DNA of 64,000 nucleotides from Nitrospirales bacterium (GTDB lineage: Bacteria; Nitrospirota; Nitrospiria; Nitrospirales; UBA8639): positions 736,001-800,000 of the forward strand of contig CBDCWC010000003.1 in the NCBI GenBank assembly GCA_965223295.1. The letters are read 5' to 3'. The notes beneath the pieces are model-generated. The model did not search any database, was not told the DNA's origin, and saw only the letters and a program-made list of their open reading frames with translations. This document shows, in pieces, positions 40,766 to 50,937 of this stretch; position 1 is the first letter of the stretch; every line of letters starts with the position of its first letter. Made by a program: the position numbers and the translations under genes.

Positions 40766-41992
40766 GTGCAACACTTCTTCGTACACCTTCACCGATTGAG
40801 AAAATCTCATTTCATCTCCAGACAGCCTCGATCTAGACTCACAATTCTGACGACTTTCTGCATGTGGGCCTGCCTTTGGATGCTTCCTCCTATCACCTGG
40901 GGGCTTTCTGGTTCACCCGGTACCCCCTCTACCCTGGTCGACTTACAGCCAATCGCCGAACATCGTTTCTCCAAGCCGATTTTTTTGACAGCAAGCCCGG
41001 ATGAGACTCCCCGATTATTTGTCGCAGAGCAAGATGGACGTATTTTGATCGTTCAAGAAAATGCTGTTCGAGTAACGCCGTTCTTGGATATCAGCCAAAA
41101 ACTTTCAACAGGTGGTGAACGTGGCCTTTTAGGACTCGCCTTTCATCCAAATTTTTCCTCTAATAGCCGTTTTTTCGTCAATTATACTCGTGCTCAGGAC
41201 GGAGCCACCGTTATTGCTGAGTATCAAGCCTCCCCAGACCCAAATCGAGCCGATCCGAACGAATCGGTTCTGTTGGTCATTCCCCAGCCATATGGCAATC
41301 ATAATGGTGGAATGATCGCGTTTGGGCCCGATCACTATCTTTACATTGGAATGGGTGATGGCGGTTCGGGTGGTGATCCCGAAAATTACGCCCAACGGCG
41401 AACCCAATTGCTTGGGAAAATTCTGCGCATTGATGTCGATCAGCCCTCCCCCTACGGTATCCCGGCTGACAATCCTATTCTTGTCGGAAAGGGAAATGGA
41501 CGCCCTGAAATCTTTGCGTGGGGGTTTCGCAATCCCTGGCGATTCTCATTCGACCGAAAGACCGGTGACCTTTGGGCAGGCGACGTGGGACAAAACGAAT
41601 GGGAAGAAATCGATATTGTTGAAAAAGGAAAAAACTATGGCTGGCGTTTCTTAGAAGGCACCCACTGTTATCATCCGAAAACGCAATGTCGTCAGGTGAA
41701 CTTTTTGATTGATCCAGTCAAGGAATATTCACATTCGTCAGGGCGATGTTCCATAACCGGAGGGTATGTGTATCGCGGCGCTAAAATCCCGGCTTTGCAG
41801 GAAAGTTATATTTATGGAGACTTTTGTACCGGCGAAATTTGGGAATTTCGGAGGGGCAAAAGCCCGTTACTTATCGATACCGACCTCAATATTTCCTCAT
41901 TCGGAGAGGATCAAGATGGTGAGTTATATGTGATAGGACACGGAGGGCAAGTATTGAAGATTGTTCCGAAGATCATCAGTCCTCAACCGTAG
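40766..41992 (+). CDS. PQQ-dependent sugar dehydrogenase (GSDH family)
   Basis: GERGLLGLAFHP, NHNGG, GDGG, GKILRID, GFRNPWRFSFD, GDVGQ..WEEID; start uncertain. Confidence 0.9.
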   Translation: MQHFFVHLHRLRKSHFISRQPRSRLTILTTFCMWACLWMLPPITWGLSGSPGTPSTLVDLQPIAEHRFSKPIFLTASPDETPRLFVAEQDGRILIVQENAVRVTPFLDISQKLSTGGERGLLGLAFHPNFSSNSRFFVNYTRAQDGATVIAEYQASPDPNRADPNESVLLVIPQPYGNHNGGMIAFGPDHYLYIGMGDGGSGGDPENYAQRRTQLLGKILRIDVDQPSPYGIPADNPILVGKGNGRPEIFAWGFRNPWRFSFDRKTGDLWAGDVGQNEWEEIDIVEKGKNYGWRFLEGTHCYHPKTQCRQVNFLIDPVKEYSHSSGRCSITGGYVYRGAKIPALQESYIYGDFCTGEIWEFRRGKSPLLIDTDLNISSFGEDQDGELYVIGHGGQVLKIVPKIISPQP

Positions 41993-42032
41993 AAGAAGAC
42001 CTGACACAAAAAACGTATCCACGCAGCTCGAC

Positions 42033-43061
42033 TCAAAACTTTTCAACTTTCCGGAACAACTCAATTTCGTCTAGGACCTTTCCAACGCCATAGACCACAG
42101 ATGTGAGCGGATCTTCAACGGTAATGATCGGCAAATTCGTCTCCTCTTGAAACCGCGTCGCTAAACCCGGCAGCATGGATCCACCACCCGTAATCACCAC
42201 ACCCTTATCAATAATATCTCCAGCCAATTCAGGCGGGGTATTTTCGAGTGAGGTGCGCAAGGCATTCACAATGGAATGAATGGGGTCTTCCAAGGCTTCC
42301 CGAATTTCGGAATCATTGACCACAACGGTCCTGGGAATTCCGGAAATCATGTCCCGCCCTTTGACCATCATGGTCTTGGCTTGTTCTAACGGATACGCCG
42401 AGCCCACTTCTATTTTCACCCGCTCAGCCATATGTTCGCCGATAAGCAAATTATATCGACGCTTGATATAGCTCATGATGGCATCGTCCATGGAATCACC
42501 CGCCACCTTGACCGACTCACTGCACACAATTCCGCCCAAAGAAATCACAGCAATATCAGTCGTGCCTCCACCAATATCCACCACCATATTCCCTGAAGGC
42601 TCGGTTATCGGCAGACCCGCACCAATAGCCGCGGCCACAGGTTCTTCAATCAGATAGACTTCTCGCGCACCAGCTTGATTAGCGGATTCCCGAACCGCTC
42701 GCTGCTCAACTTCAGTGATCCGTGAGGGCACGCCAATAATACAGCGAGGCCGCACAAACGCTCGCCGGTTGTGGGATTTGGTAATAAAATACTCCAACAT
42801 CCGTTCCGTCATCGCAAAATCGGCAATCACACCTTCTTTAATCGGACGAATAGCCACAATATTGCCTGGCGTCCGCCCCACCATACGCTTGGCCTCTACC
42901 CCGACGGCCAACACCGAGTTAGATTGCTTATCTAGAGCAACCACCGAGGGTTCGCTCAAGGTGATACCCTTCCCTCGAACATACACCAATGTCGTGGCCG
43001 TCCCTAAATCAATGGCCAGATCACTTGAAAACCACCCAAGCACATCACTTAACCCTGCCAT
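42033..43061 (-). CDS. mreB: Rod shape-determining protein MreB
   Basis: AIDLGTATT, EPVAAAIGAGL, VDIGGGTTD, TGGGSML. Confidence 0.95.
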   Translation of the reverse strand: MAGLSDVLGWFSSDLAIDLGTATTLVYVRGKGITLSEPSVVALDKQSNSVLAVGVEAKRMVGRTPGNIVAIRPIKEGVIADFAMTERMLEYFITKSHNRRAFVRPRCIIGVPSRITEVEQRAVRESANQAGAREVYLIEEPVAAAIGAGLPITEPSGNMVVDIGGGTTDIAVISLGGIVCSESVKVAGDSMDDAIMSYIKRRYNLLIGEHMAERVKIEVGSAYPLEQAKTMMVKGRDMISGIPRTVVVNDSEIREALEDPIHSIVNALRTSLENTPPELAGDIIDKGVVITGGGSMLPGLATRFQEETNLPIITVEDPLTSVVYGVGKVLDEIELFRKVEKF

Positions 43062-43327
43062 GGAGCCCCCATACAAGACTGTGGTTCAGAAAATGCTGAT
43101 TATGTATCCGTGCATCACGCACTCTCGACATATATCGGGAAACGATTTGCAAAAATAAAGGAATAAATGAAAAAAGTTTAGGAATGCGGGATATTCGAGA
43201 ACTCATCGCCTCATCCATGAAACCTCGAGATAGGGCAATAGATCGGTATTTCCACTACCTCAATCGAAAACACGATTTGTCCACGGTGACAGCATACATA
43301 CCTGGCAGGCCCTCATCGGCCCGCCAC

Positions 43328-43356
43328 AGGCTAGGCGATCACTGTGCCGATGTCAA
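43328..43356 (-). promoter_or_regulatory. Candidate sigma70 promoter for mreB
   Basis: Minus strand TTGACA-N17-TAGCCT about 265 nt upstream of the start. Confidence 0.4.
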
Positions 43357-43547
43357 GAGTGAAGATGAGACCTCGTCAAGATCATGCCACCACAAAAAAA
43401 GGCAAGAGGTATCATCCCCAAAATTTGCTCTCTATCTGACTCTCAGGGCGCTTGCTCTCAAGAGGGTGTATGGTATAAGTAGGAAGGCCTCTTCATGTTA
43501 TAGTGATGGGGTACTGATTTTCTCCTGGAGTAAGAGTTACCTTCATC

Positions 43548-44987
43548 GTGTCCAAAAAATTTCTGCTGATTGTTATTTTCCTCGGTCTCACCGCGACGTA
43601 CCTAGGTATTATTGGAAACGCACGATGGGGAGATTCGTCTCCTCCTGAGATTTCTGTGGAACAACCCTTCGAAAAGGTTGGACCGACCACACCACTTATC
43701 GTCAACATTCAGGATAAAGATACCGGTCTTCGTGATATCTCAATCCGTATTATCCATAATTTGGAGACATACCTCTTAGCTGAGGAAACATTTCCATCCG
43801 AGGGTTGGCTGTCAGTTGACGGTGGCAAAGAGCATGAGTTCAGATTTGAGCGTATCCCCTATGGCGGCTCAGAACTTCCACGACGACAAGGACAGGCGCA
43901 ACTCATTATCACCGCCCGGGATTATTCCTGGCGGAATTTGTTTGAAGGCAACAGCCAGCGTATTGAAAAAGATTTCACGCCGCAGTTTTCGCCGCCTCGC
44001 CTAGAAGTGTTGTCGCTGCCAACCACTATCGTCCAAGGTGGATCGGGTGTGGTGCGATACCGGGTCATCCCGGACGTTCCCAACCACGGCGTCAAAATTG
44101 GCAAAGCTTTTTTCCCCGGGTTTCCGGCACCAGATAAAGCTGGCATGTTTGCCTTTATTGCGTTTCCATACAATGCGCCTCGAAATTCACCCATTCAAAT
44201 TATGGCAGATGATGGATTTGGAAATAGCGCGCTTTTGGATGTGGATTTCCAGATCAAACCTAAATTTTGGCGCACCCGGCCGATAAAAATTTCTGACAAA
44301 TTTATTCGCAAAACCGTCCCATCTATTTTGGCGCAAACGCCTGAACTGACCCGTCAGGGCGATCTGCTTCAGGACTTTCTCCTCGTCAACGACACCTTAC
44401 GGAAGATCAATAATGAAACCATTACAGAACTCACCAAGCAGTCTCGCCCAGAACTTTTATGGAAAGGTGCCTTTCGTCAACTCTCCGGGTCAAAAGTACA
44501 AGCCTCATTCGCAGACCATCGAGAGTATCTCTACAAAGGAAAAGTGGTGGATACTCAGGATCATTTAGGGTTTGACTTGGCCGTCACGAAGCATTATCCC
44601 GTGGAAGCGGCAAATCATGGAGTCGTGATCTATGCCGGATACCTTGGGATCTACGGCAATACGGTTATTCTGGATCATGGCTATGGACTCCTGTCGCTGT
44701 ATGCTCATATGTCCTCGATTAATGTCAACGTGAAGGATGAGGTAACCATGGGCCAGCCGCTTGGCAAATCAGGCACAACTGGCCTCGCGGGTGGTGACCA
44801 TTTACACTTTAGCCTCATATTACATGGTGAACAGGTGAACCCCACAGAATGGTGGGATCCCTTCTGGGTAAAAACACGCATTAAAGACAAACTCGGCCTG
44901 CCTTCTCTCATTAAAGCATCCGAGGTTGAGCCTGAAGCAGAATCATCTGGTGAAGAACTTGGCCCCAAACCTCCACCCGTGCCCTAA
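43548..44987 (+). CDS. M23 family peptidoglycan metallopeptidase
   Basis: HLGFD (HxxxD), YGNTVILDHG, HLHF (HxH); N-terminal TM. Confidence 0.92.
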   Translation: MSKKFLLIVIFLGLTATYLGIIGNARWGDSSPPEISVEQPFEKVGPTTPLIVNIQDKDTGLRDISIRIIHNLETYLLAEETFPSEGWLSVDGGKEHEFRFERIPYGGSELPRRQGQAQLIITARDYSWRNLFEGNSQRIEKDFTPQFSPPRLEVLSLPTTIVQGGSGVVRYRVIPDVPNHGVKIGKAFFPGFPAPDKAGMFAFIAFPYNAPRNSPIQIMADDGFGNSALLDVDFQIKPKFWRTRPIKISDKFIRKTVPSILAQTPELTRQGDLLQDFLLVNDTLRKINNETITELTKQSRPELLWKGAFRQLSGSKVQASFADHREYLYKGKVVDTQDHLGFDLAVTKHYPVEAANHGVVIYAGYLGIYGNTVILDHGYGLLSLYAHMSSINVNVKDEVTMGQPLGKSGTTGLAGGDHLHFSLILHGEQVNPTEWWDPFWVKTRIKDKLGLPSLIKASEVEPEAESSGEELGPKPPPVP

Positions 44988-45088
44988 AGTAAAAAAACAT
45001 GAGAGGTACGGGGTCAGGCAGGAAGTGAAAGCATCACACTCCTTCATTTTTCTGTTTGCCTTTTTTCTCATTACAGACATTTTCCAAT

Positions 45089-45279
45089 GGGACTGTTGAA
45101 TAATGATGATATCAACGTCCAAATTTCGTCTCTGCGAGATGACATGTCAGAGGCCTCGGGGCTGTTCAAAAAATTCCGTCCAGCAAGGCCGCAGCCATTG
45201 TTGCGCGCGGAGCGTACTGGTAGTACATGAGCACGGGAAAATGGTGAGAACGCCGCTGGCGGCTTTTTTCAACAGACCC
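45089..45279 (-). mobile_element. MITE family A, copy 5, directly upstream of the topoisomerase A gene
   Basis: Ends GGGACTGTTGAA / TTCAACAGACCC; same core; TSD degenerate. Confidence 0.88.
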
Positions 45280-45302
45280 TAATCATCGCAAGGCTTTGAT
45301 CT

Positions 45303-47723
45303 ATGGCTAAACGCCCAAAAATTCCTCCGTCATCCAAGGCGGCAACCGCCACGACAGTGATTCCTGTTCCGTTAGATGAAACGACACGAGAACGGTATTT
45401 GAATTATGCGCTATCCGTCATTACTTCACGAGCGCTGCCCGACATTCGCGACGGATTAAAGCCGGTACAGCGGCGCATCTTGTATTCAATGTTCCAGAAC
45501 CACCGCCTCACGCCGGAACGCCCCCCGATTAAAAGCGCCAAAGTCGTGGGATCAGTCATCGGTGAATGGCATCCACACGGCGATGTGGCCGTCTACGATG
45601 CCATGGCACGTATGGCCCAACCGTGGTCGCTGCGTGCCACCCTCGTTGATGGCCATGGGAATTTCGGGAGCCAAGATGGAGACCGCCCTGCTGCCTACCG
45701 ATATACCGAAGCCCGACTGACGCCACTGGCCCTTGAACTGTTGAACGAACTGAACAAAAACACCGTCGACTTTCACCCCAATTACGATGGCAAAGCTGAA
45801 GAACCCCTGGTCCTGCCTTCACGCTTTCCTAATCTGCTCGTTAACGGATCAACCGGTATTGCGGTTGGCATGGCCACTAACATGCCTCCACATAATTTGG
45901 GCGAAGTCATTGACGCAGCTATTGCCCTCATCGGCAACCGAAACGCCTCCATTTCTGATCTGATGAAATCCTTGAAAGGTCCTGACTTCCCGACCGGCGG
46001 TGAAATCCTCAACACGCGCACGGAAATTCGGGAAATCTACGAAACCGGCCAGGGTTCAATCCGACTGCGCGGAGAATATACGGTTCGCACGGTGGGAGCC
46101 GGAAAATCGGAAATACTCATTACCTCAATTCCATTTGCTGTTGATAAAGCCACGATTGTCGAACGCATTGGGGAGCTGATTCTCACCAAAAAGATCCCTC
46201 AGTTAGTTGACGTGCGTGACGAATCCACCACCGACGTGCGCATTGCATTGGAATGTCAAAAAGACGCCGACCCCCATTTGGCTATGGCCTATTTGTTCAA
46301 ACATACGCCGCTTCAAAACAATTTTTCCGTGAACATGACCTGTTTAGTGCCGATTCCCAGCTCATCTATGTCACGACCCGACTGCCTCAACCTCAAGCAA
46401 ATGCTGGAGCAGTTCATCGACTTCCGGTTCACGACGGTCACACGCCGATTCACCTATGACCTGCAAGTCTTGGAACGCCGCATTCACATACTATATGGCT
46501 TTAAGAAAATTTTTGATGCGCTTGATCAGGTCTTAAAAATCATCAGACAAAGTGACGGCAAGTCCGACTCTGCCACCAAGCTTCAACAACGGTTTGGGCT
46601 GGACCCAATCCAGACTGACACCATTCTTGAAACACCCATTTATAAATTGTCCAGAACCGAAATAAAAAAGATGTTGGACGAACTGAAAGACAAACTGCGT
46701 CAAGCCAAAGATCTCAAAACACTCTTAGGTTCTAAAACACGATTATGGGGAGTGGTGAAAAAGGAGTTAGGGGAGGTCGCCAGGACCTTTGGGGACAAAC
46801 GGCGAACGAAGATAGGCCGCCGCCAAACGGAAGAAGTCGAATTCGATCCTGATGCGTTCAGAGTCAAAGAGGATGCGGTTATCACAATCTCCACCGACGG
46901 CTGGATCCGGCGTGTTGGGCTGATTAAGGATCTGTCGAAAGCCCGCGTTCGTGAAGGTGACCGCCTGATGACCATACTCGGAGGAAATACGTTTGACTCT
47001 CTGGTCATTTTTTCAAATTTCGGCAGCGCTTACACGATACGAGTTGGAGACATTCCTCCTGCCAGAAGCGGTTATGGAGACCCCGTACAGAAACTCTTTA
47101 AATTTAAAGATGGCGAACGCATCATCGGCGGATGGAGCTATGATCCCCGCATGTTGTCTTATCTTGGAAACCCTTTTTCATCTCCAAAATCAAACGGTGG
47201 GCAACTGGCCCTGTTCGATAAAAAAGGTCACCCTCAAACGACCGTCTCTCTGGAGGCCATCGCTGTCACGACCAGCGGGATGGGGCTTCGCATTGCTCTC
47301 AGTTCGTTTCAGGAGCCTTCAACTCGATTGGGACGAAAGTTTTGTAAGCTTAAAGATGGTGAAGAAGTTGTAAGTTTGGAAGTTATTACCGGCCCACTCA
47401 AACAAACCATGGTTGCGGTGGCTTCCACCAAAGGGCGGGCGCTCTTGTGCAAAGCTGAAGACATCGCCCAGTTGGCGGGTCCTGGCCGCGGTGTCATTGT
47501 GCTGAAGTTGGACCCTAAAGATACTCTGGTTGGTTTTAAACTCTTGTATTCCAAGGAGGACCGCTTGGTCCTCCTCAAAGAAGGGGGCGGCACAATTCCA
47601 GTGACCCTTTGTAAATATCAAGTGGTGGGACGCGGAGGGAAAGGGCATGCCCTCATCAAACGAGGCCGCTTCAGCGGAATGGAACCGGCTGACGTGAGCA
47701 TCCCGGTTTTTCAAACGGAATGA
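45303..47723 (+). CDS. Type IIA DNA topoisomerase subunit A (GyrA/ParC family, probably topo IV-like)
   Basis: RALPDIRDGLKPVQRR, HPHGD, AAYRYTEAR (catalytic Tyr), GIAVGMAT, GPDFPTGG; short pinwheel CTD. Confidence 0.93.
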   Translation: MAKRPKIPPSSKAATATTVIPVPLDETTRERYLNYALSVITSRALPDIRDGLKPVQRRILYSMFQNHRLTPERPPIKSAKVVGSVIGEWHPHGDVAVYDAMARMAQPWSLRATLVDGHGNFGSQDGDRPAAYRYTEARLTPLALELLNELNKNTVDFHPNYDGKAEEPLVLPSRFPNLLVNGSTGIAVGMATNMPPHNLGEVIDAAIALIGNRNASISDLMKSLKGPDFPTGGEILNTRTEIREIYETGQGSIRLRGEYTVRTVGAGKSEILITSIPFAVDKATIVERIGELILTKKIPQLVDVRDESTTDVRIALECQKDADPHLAMAYLFKHTPLQNNFSVNMTCLVPIPSSSMSRPDCLNLKQMLEQFIDFRFTTVTRRFTYDLQVLERRIHILYGFKKIFDALDQVLKIIRQSDGKSDSATKLQQRFGLDPIQTDTILETPIYKLSRTEIKKMLDELKDKLRQAKDLKTLLGSKTRLWGVVKKELGEVARTFGDKRRTKIGRRQTEEVEFDPDAFRVKEDAVITISTDGWIRRVGLIKDLSKARVREGDRLMTILGGNTFDSLVIFSNFGSAYTIRVGDIPPARSGYGDPVQKLFKFKDGERIIGGWSYDPRMLSYLGNPFSSPKSNGGQLALFDKKGHPQTTVSLEAIAVTTSGMGLRIALSSFQEPSTRLGRKFCKLKDGEEVVSLEVITGPLKQTMVAVASTKGRALLCKAEDIAQLAGPGRGVIVLKLDPKDTLVGFKLLYSKEDRLVLLKEGGGTIPVTLCKYQVVGRGGKGHALIKRGRFSGMEPADVSIPVFQTE

Positions 47724-47812
47724 ACACCTTAAGATATCTAAAGGTTTCTTAGAGATCACAGGAGATTATTAATAGGGATATAGGGAATCATTGTGTTTGA
47801 TTATCCTTAAAG

Positions 47813-47964
47813 TCCCCCTCCATTGTAAGGACGGGGAATTTTTCCGAAGAGGGAAAATTCGGGAGGTAGAAACGTGGAGTGGGAACACGTCAGTTTCAAC
47901 CGACAACTTATTGCCAATTGCACAATTCTACCTCACCTTAATCCTCCCCTTACAAAGGGGAGGA
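47813..47964. repeat. Inverted doublet of REP-like palindromes (family C)
   Basis: TCCCCCTCCATTGTAAGGACGGGGA...GAGGTAGAA and TTCTACCTC...TCCTCCCCTTACAAAGGGGAGGA. Confidence 0.7.
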
Positions 47965-48057
47965 CGCTTACTGAACCACGCTTCGGACTACGCCTGCGGA
48001 AACAGCATTCCCAAAAAATTCCGCAGTGCGTTCTTTTCAACCTAGAAGGATTACGGA

Positions 48058-50007
48058 ATGGCTAAATCATACGGTGCGAGTGACATCTTGGTCCTAGAGG
48101 GCATTGAACCCGTTCGTCGTCGACCCGCCATGTATATTGGTGGAACGGATAAGACCGGGCTTCATCATTTGGTCTGGGAGATCTTAGACAATGCCATAGA
48201 TGAGGTCATGAATGGTTATGCCTCTCAAATAATTCTGGAGCTGGATAAATCTCGAGAGGGCATTCGCATCACCGATAATGGTCGAGGCATTCCCGTTGAC
48301 AAACACCCCAAACACAAAAAATCTGCGTTAGAAATTATCATGACCACCTTGCATGCCGGTGGAAAATTTGAAACTGGCAGCTATATTCATTCTGGGGGGT
48401 TACATGGAGTCGGCGCTTCCGTCGTAAATGCCCTCTCTCGACATTTAGAAGTCCAAGTCAAACGAGACGGAAAGGAATGGGAACAGACCTATCAAGCGGG
48501 AATTCCGCAAGGTCCAGTAAAAAGTAAGGGAAAAGGCGGTGTGCGAGGTACAGGAACCTCCGTGTACTTTCGTCCTGACCCCAAGATTTTTGGAAAGACC
48601 ACTCAGTTCGATCCAACCATGCTGCAGGACACGTTGGATGCCAAAGCCTATTTGCATAAAGGCTTAAAACTCACGTTTAAGGACGGAACCACAGGCCAGA
48701 CTCATCAATTTCATCATGGACAAGGGCTCCAAGAATATTTGCAAAAACTGGTAGGAGACCGAGGGAAGAAGCCCACGGTGGACTTTGTGTTTTATCTTGA
48801 ACGTCAACTTGGGAACGAAACATCAAGCTCGAATAGTGGCACTCAAAACATTGGCCTGGAGCTAGCCCTCCAGTGGACCGACGAACCAGCCGAATTCGTC
48901 AAAAGCTATGTGAATGGGGTCGCCACGCCTAATGGTGGCACACATGAAATGGGCCTCCGTGGTGGCCTTGTGAAGGCCGTGCGCAATTACATTGAGACCC
49001 ACAACTTAGTGCCCAAAGGACTTTCCTTGCAAGCTGAAGATATTCGCGAGGGCATGGCGGCCGTTCTCAGCGTGCTGGTCTTACACCCACAATTTCAAGG
49101 ACAAACAAAGGAACGGCTAAATAATCCTGAAGTCCAAGCCCAAGTAGACACCATTATCCGACCTGCCTTGGAAAACTATCTGAATAAAAATTCGACCATC
49201 GCCGAAACTCTAGTGGGACGAATGGTCCTAGCGGCACGAGCCCGCGAAGCATCGCGGGAAGCCTCAAAAGCGGTGATGCGCAAATCGGCCGTAAGCCACC
49301 GTCTGAATCTTCCGGGCAAACTGGCTGATTGCCAAAGCACTGATCCCACCATCAGCGAATTGTTCATCGTAGAGGGTGACTCGGCTGGAGGAACAGCAAA
49401 ACAGGGGCGAGATTTAAAAACCCAAGCCATCTTGCCCATCCGCGGCAAAGTCCTGAACACGGAAGAACTCACGCTCGCCAAGGTGGTGGAGAACAAAGAG
49501 CTGGCGGATCTCGTGAAAGTACTAGGCTGTGGAATTGGGAAAGATTTTACCCTCAACAAACTTCGCTATCACAAAATCATTTTGCTGATGGATGCCGATA
49601 TTGATGGCTATCACATTAGTACCTTGTTACTCACCTTTTTCTTTCGCCATATGCCAGAACTGATTCGGGGCGGCCATGTTTTTATCGCCCAGCCCCCGCT
49701 GTATCGCATTGAAATAGGCAAAGAAATTCAGTGGGCCGGAACTGACGAAGAAAAGGATAAAATTGTGACAGGTGCTCGTGCCAACGCCAAACCCATCATT
49801 AGCCGCTTTAAAGGGCTAGGGGAAATGTTTCCACAACAACTCAAAGAGACCACCTTAAACCAGTCGACCCGTCGCTTACTCAAAGTCGAACTCCTCGACG
49901 AACTCAACACCGACCGCACATTCCATGATTTGATGGGCAAACGCACCGATGCGCGTTATGAATTTCTCATGGCCAACGCCGGCTCTGTTGAGAATTTGGA
50001 TGTGTAA
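48058..50007 (+). CDS. Type IIA DNA topoisomerase subunit B (GyrB/ParE family)
   Basis: VRRRPAMYIG, EILDNAIDE, DNGRGIP, GGLHGVG, VEGDSAGG, PIRGKVLN, DADIDG, RFKGLGEM. Confidence 0.94.
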   Translation: MAKSYGASDILVLEGIEPVRRRPAMYIGGTDKTGLHHLVWEILDNAIDEVMNGYASQIILELDKSREGIRITDNGRGIPVDKHPKHKKSALEIIMTTLHAGGKFETGSYIHSGGLHGVGASVVNALSRHLEVQVKRDGKEWEQTYQAGIPQGPVKSKGKGGVRGTGTSVYFRPDPKIFGKTTQFDPTMLQDTLDAKAYLHKGLKLTFKDGTTGQTHQFHHGQGLQEYLQKLVGDRGKKPTVDFVFYLERQLGNETSSSNSGTQNIGLELALQWTDEPAEFVKSYVNGVATPNGGTHEMGLRGGLVKAVRNYIETHNLVPKGLSLQAEDIREGMAAVLSVLVLHPQFQGQTKERLNNPEVQAQVDTIIRPALENYLNKNSTIAETLVGRMVLAARAREASREASKAVMRKSAVSHRLNLPGKLADCQSTDPTISELFIVEGDSAGGTAKQGRDLKTQAILPIRGKVLNTEELTLAKVVENKELADLVKVLGCGIGKDFTLNKLRYHKIILLMDADIDGYHISTLLLTFFFRHMPELIRGGHVFIAQPPLYRIEIGKEIQWAGTDEEKDKIVTGARANAKPIISRFKGLGEMFPQQLKETTLNQSTRRLLKVELLDELNTDRTFHDLMGKRTDARYEFLMANAGSVENLDV

Positions 50008-50146
50008 AGACAGAAGTCCAAAAAAAATTCTTTTCACTTTCCTCAAATTTCTCATTTGATCCCGACCTTCGGTTACTCACCTAGTGGTCTTTCCCCACAA
50101 CTCCCTGTACATTCATAGAAGGGTTGGGTAGCATGCATCCCTCGTA

Positions 50147-50680
50147 ATGAACACACATTCTTCCAAGAAAAAGATCGTCATTTTGGCTGGCCCAAACGGT
50201 GCAGGGGAAACGACCTTTGCTCGGGAATTTCTTCCAAACGAAGCTGAATGCCCAAGGTTTATTAATGTTGATCTCATTGCAGAGGGACTCTCCCCTTTCG
50301 ATCCTGCGATAGCCGCATTCAAAGCCGGCCGCGTGATGGTTCAGGAGATCTCAACACTCGTACGCCGTCGGGAGAGTTTCGCCTTTGAAACGACACTAAG
50401 TGGACTCAGATACGCACGACTTATTCCTCAATGGAGAAAAAAAGGATACTTCGTCAAGCTTATTTTTCTCCAACTGCCAAATCCAGAAATGGCCATTGCC
50501 CGAGTTGAAGGGCGGATCATTCAAGGGGGGCATGCCGTCACAAAGGAAGTGATACGAAGAAGGCACAAAGCTGGATGGCACAACTTCCAACACATCTATA
50601 AACTTCTTGTCGACACATGGATTTTGTATGATAATGCATTGGAAAAACCAAGATATGTTAGCTCAGGAGTCAAAGAGTAA
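50147..50680 (+). CDS. Zeta-toxin-like P-loop/AAA protein with Walker A Lys replaced by Glu
   Basis: LAGPNGAGETTF (family consensus GPNGAGKTT), FINVDLIA, SFAFETTLSG, GGH. Confidence 0.8.
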   Translation: MNTHSSKKKIVILAGPNGAGETTFAREFLPNEAECPRFINVDLIAEGLSPFDPAIAAFKAGRVMVQEISTLVRRRESFAFETTLSGLRYARLIPQWRKKGYFVKLIFLQLPNPEMAIARVEGRIIQGGHAVTKEVIRRRHKAGWHNFQHIYKLLVDTWILYDNALEKPRYVSSGVKE

Positions 50681-50937
50681 TGGCCAAAAAACAAGCAGCC
50701 ATCAATGATCCAGATCTTGCTAAAGTTGGTGTAGCCCTTAAGCGCGCTGCAGCAAATGCCAGGAAATTAGGATTCGAGACCAACACTCCCGTCTATGTGT
50801 ATCGAGATGGGAAAATAGTCGATATCGTGGCTGAACACCGAAAAACACAATCACGCAAAAAAGTGGGAAACAACACTTCAAAACCACCAAAACAGGGCCG
50901 GACTAGACAACCCTCTAGCACGAAACCCAAGCGATAA
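50680..50937 (+). CDS. Small basic partner protein of the zeta-like ATPase (putative antitoxin)
   Basis: TAATG overlap; ALKRAA..ARK....TNTPVYVYRDGKIV pattern typical of these pairs. Confidence 0.65.
   Translation: MAKKQAAINDPDLAKVGVALKRAAANARKLGFETNTPVYVYRDGKIVDIVAEHRKTQSRKKVGNNTSKPPKQGRTRQPSSTKPKR

Noticed and set aside
43184-43648. 154-aa plus-strand ORF
   Set aside because: It overlaps the M23 gene out of frame and spans promoter-like DNA; composition is not protein-like
6638-45279. Repeats as a CRISPR array or integron attC array
   Set aside because: They are dispersed, in both orientations and carry TSDs; there are no spacers, cas genes or integrase
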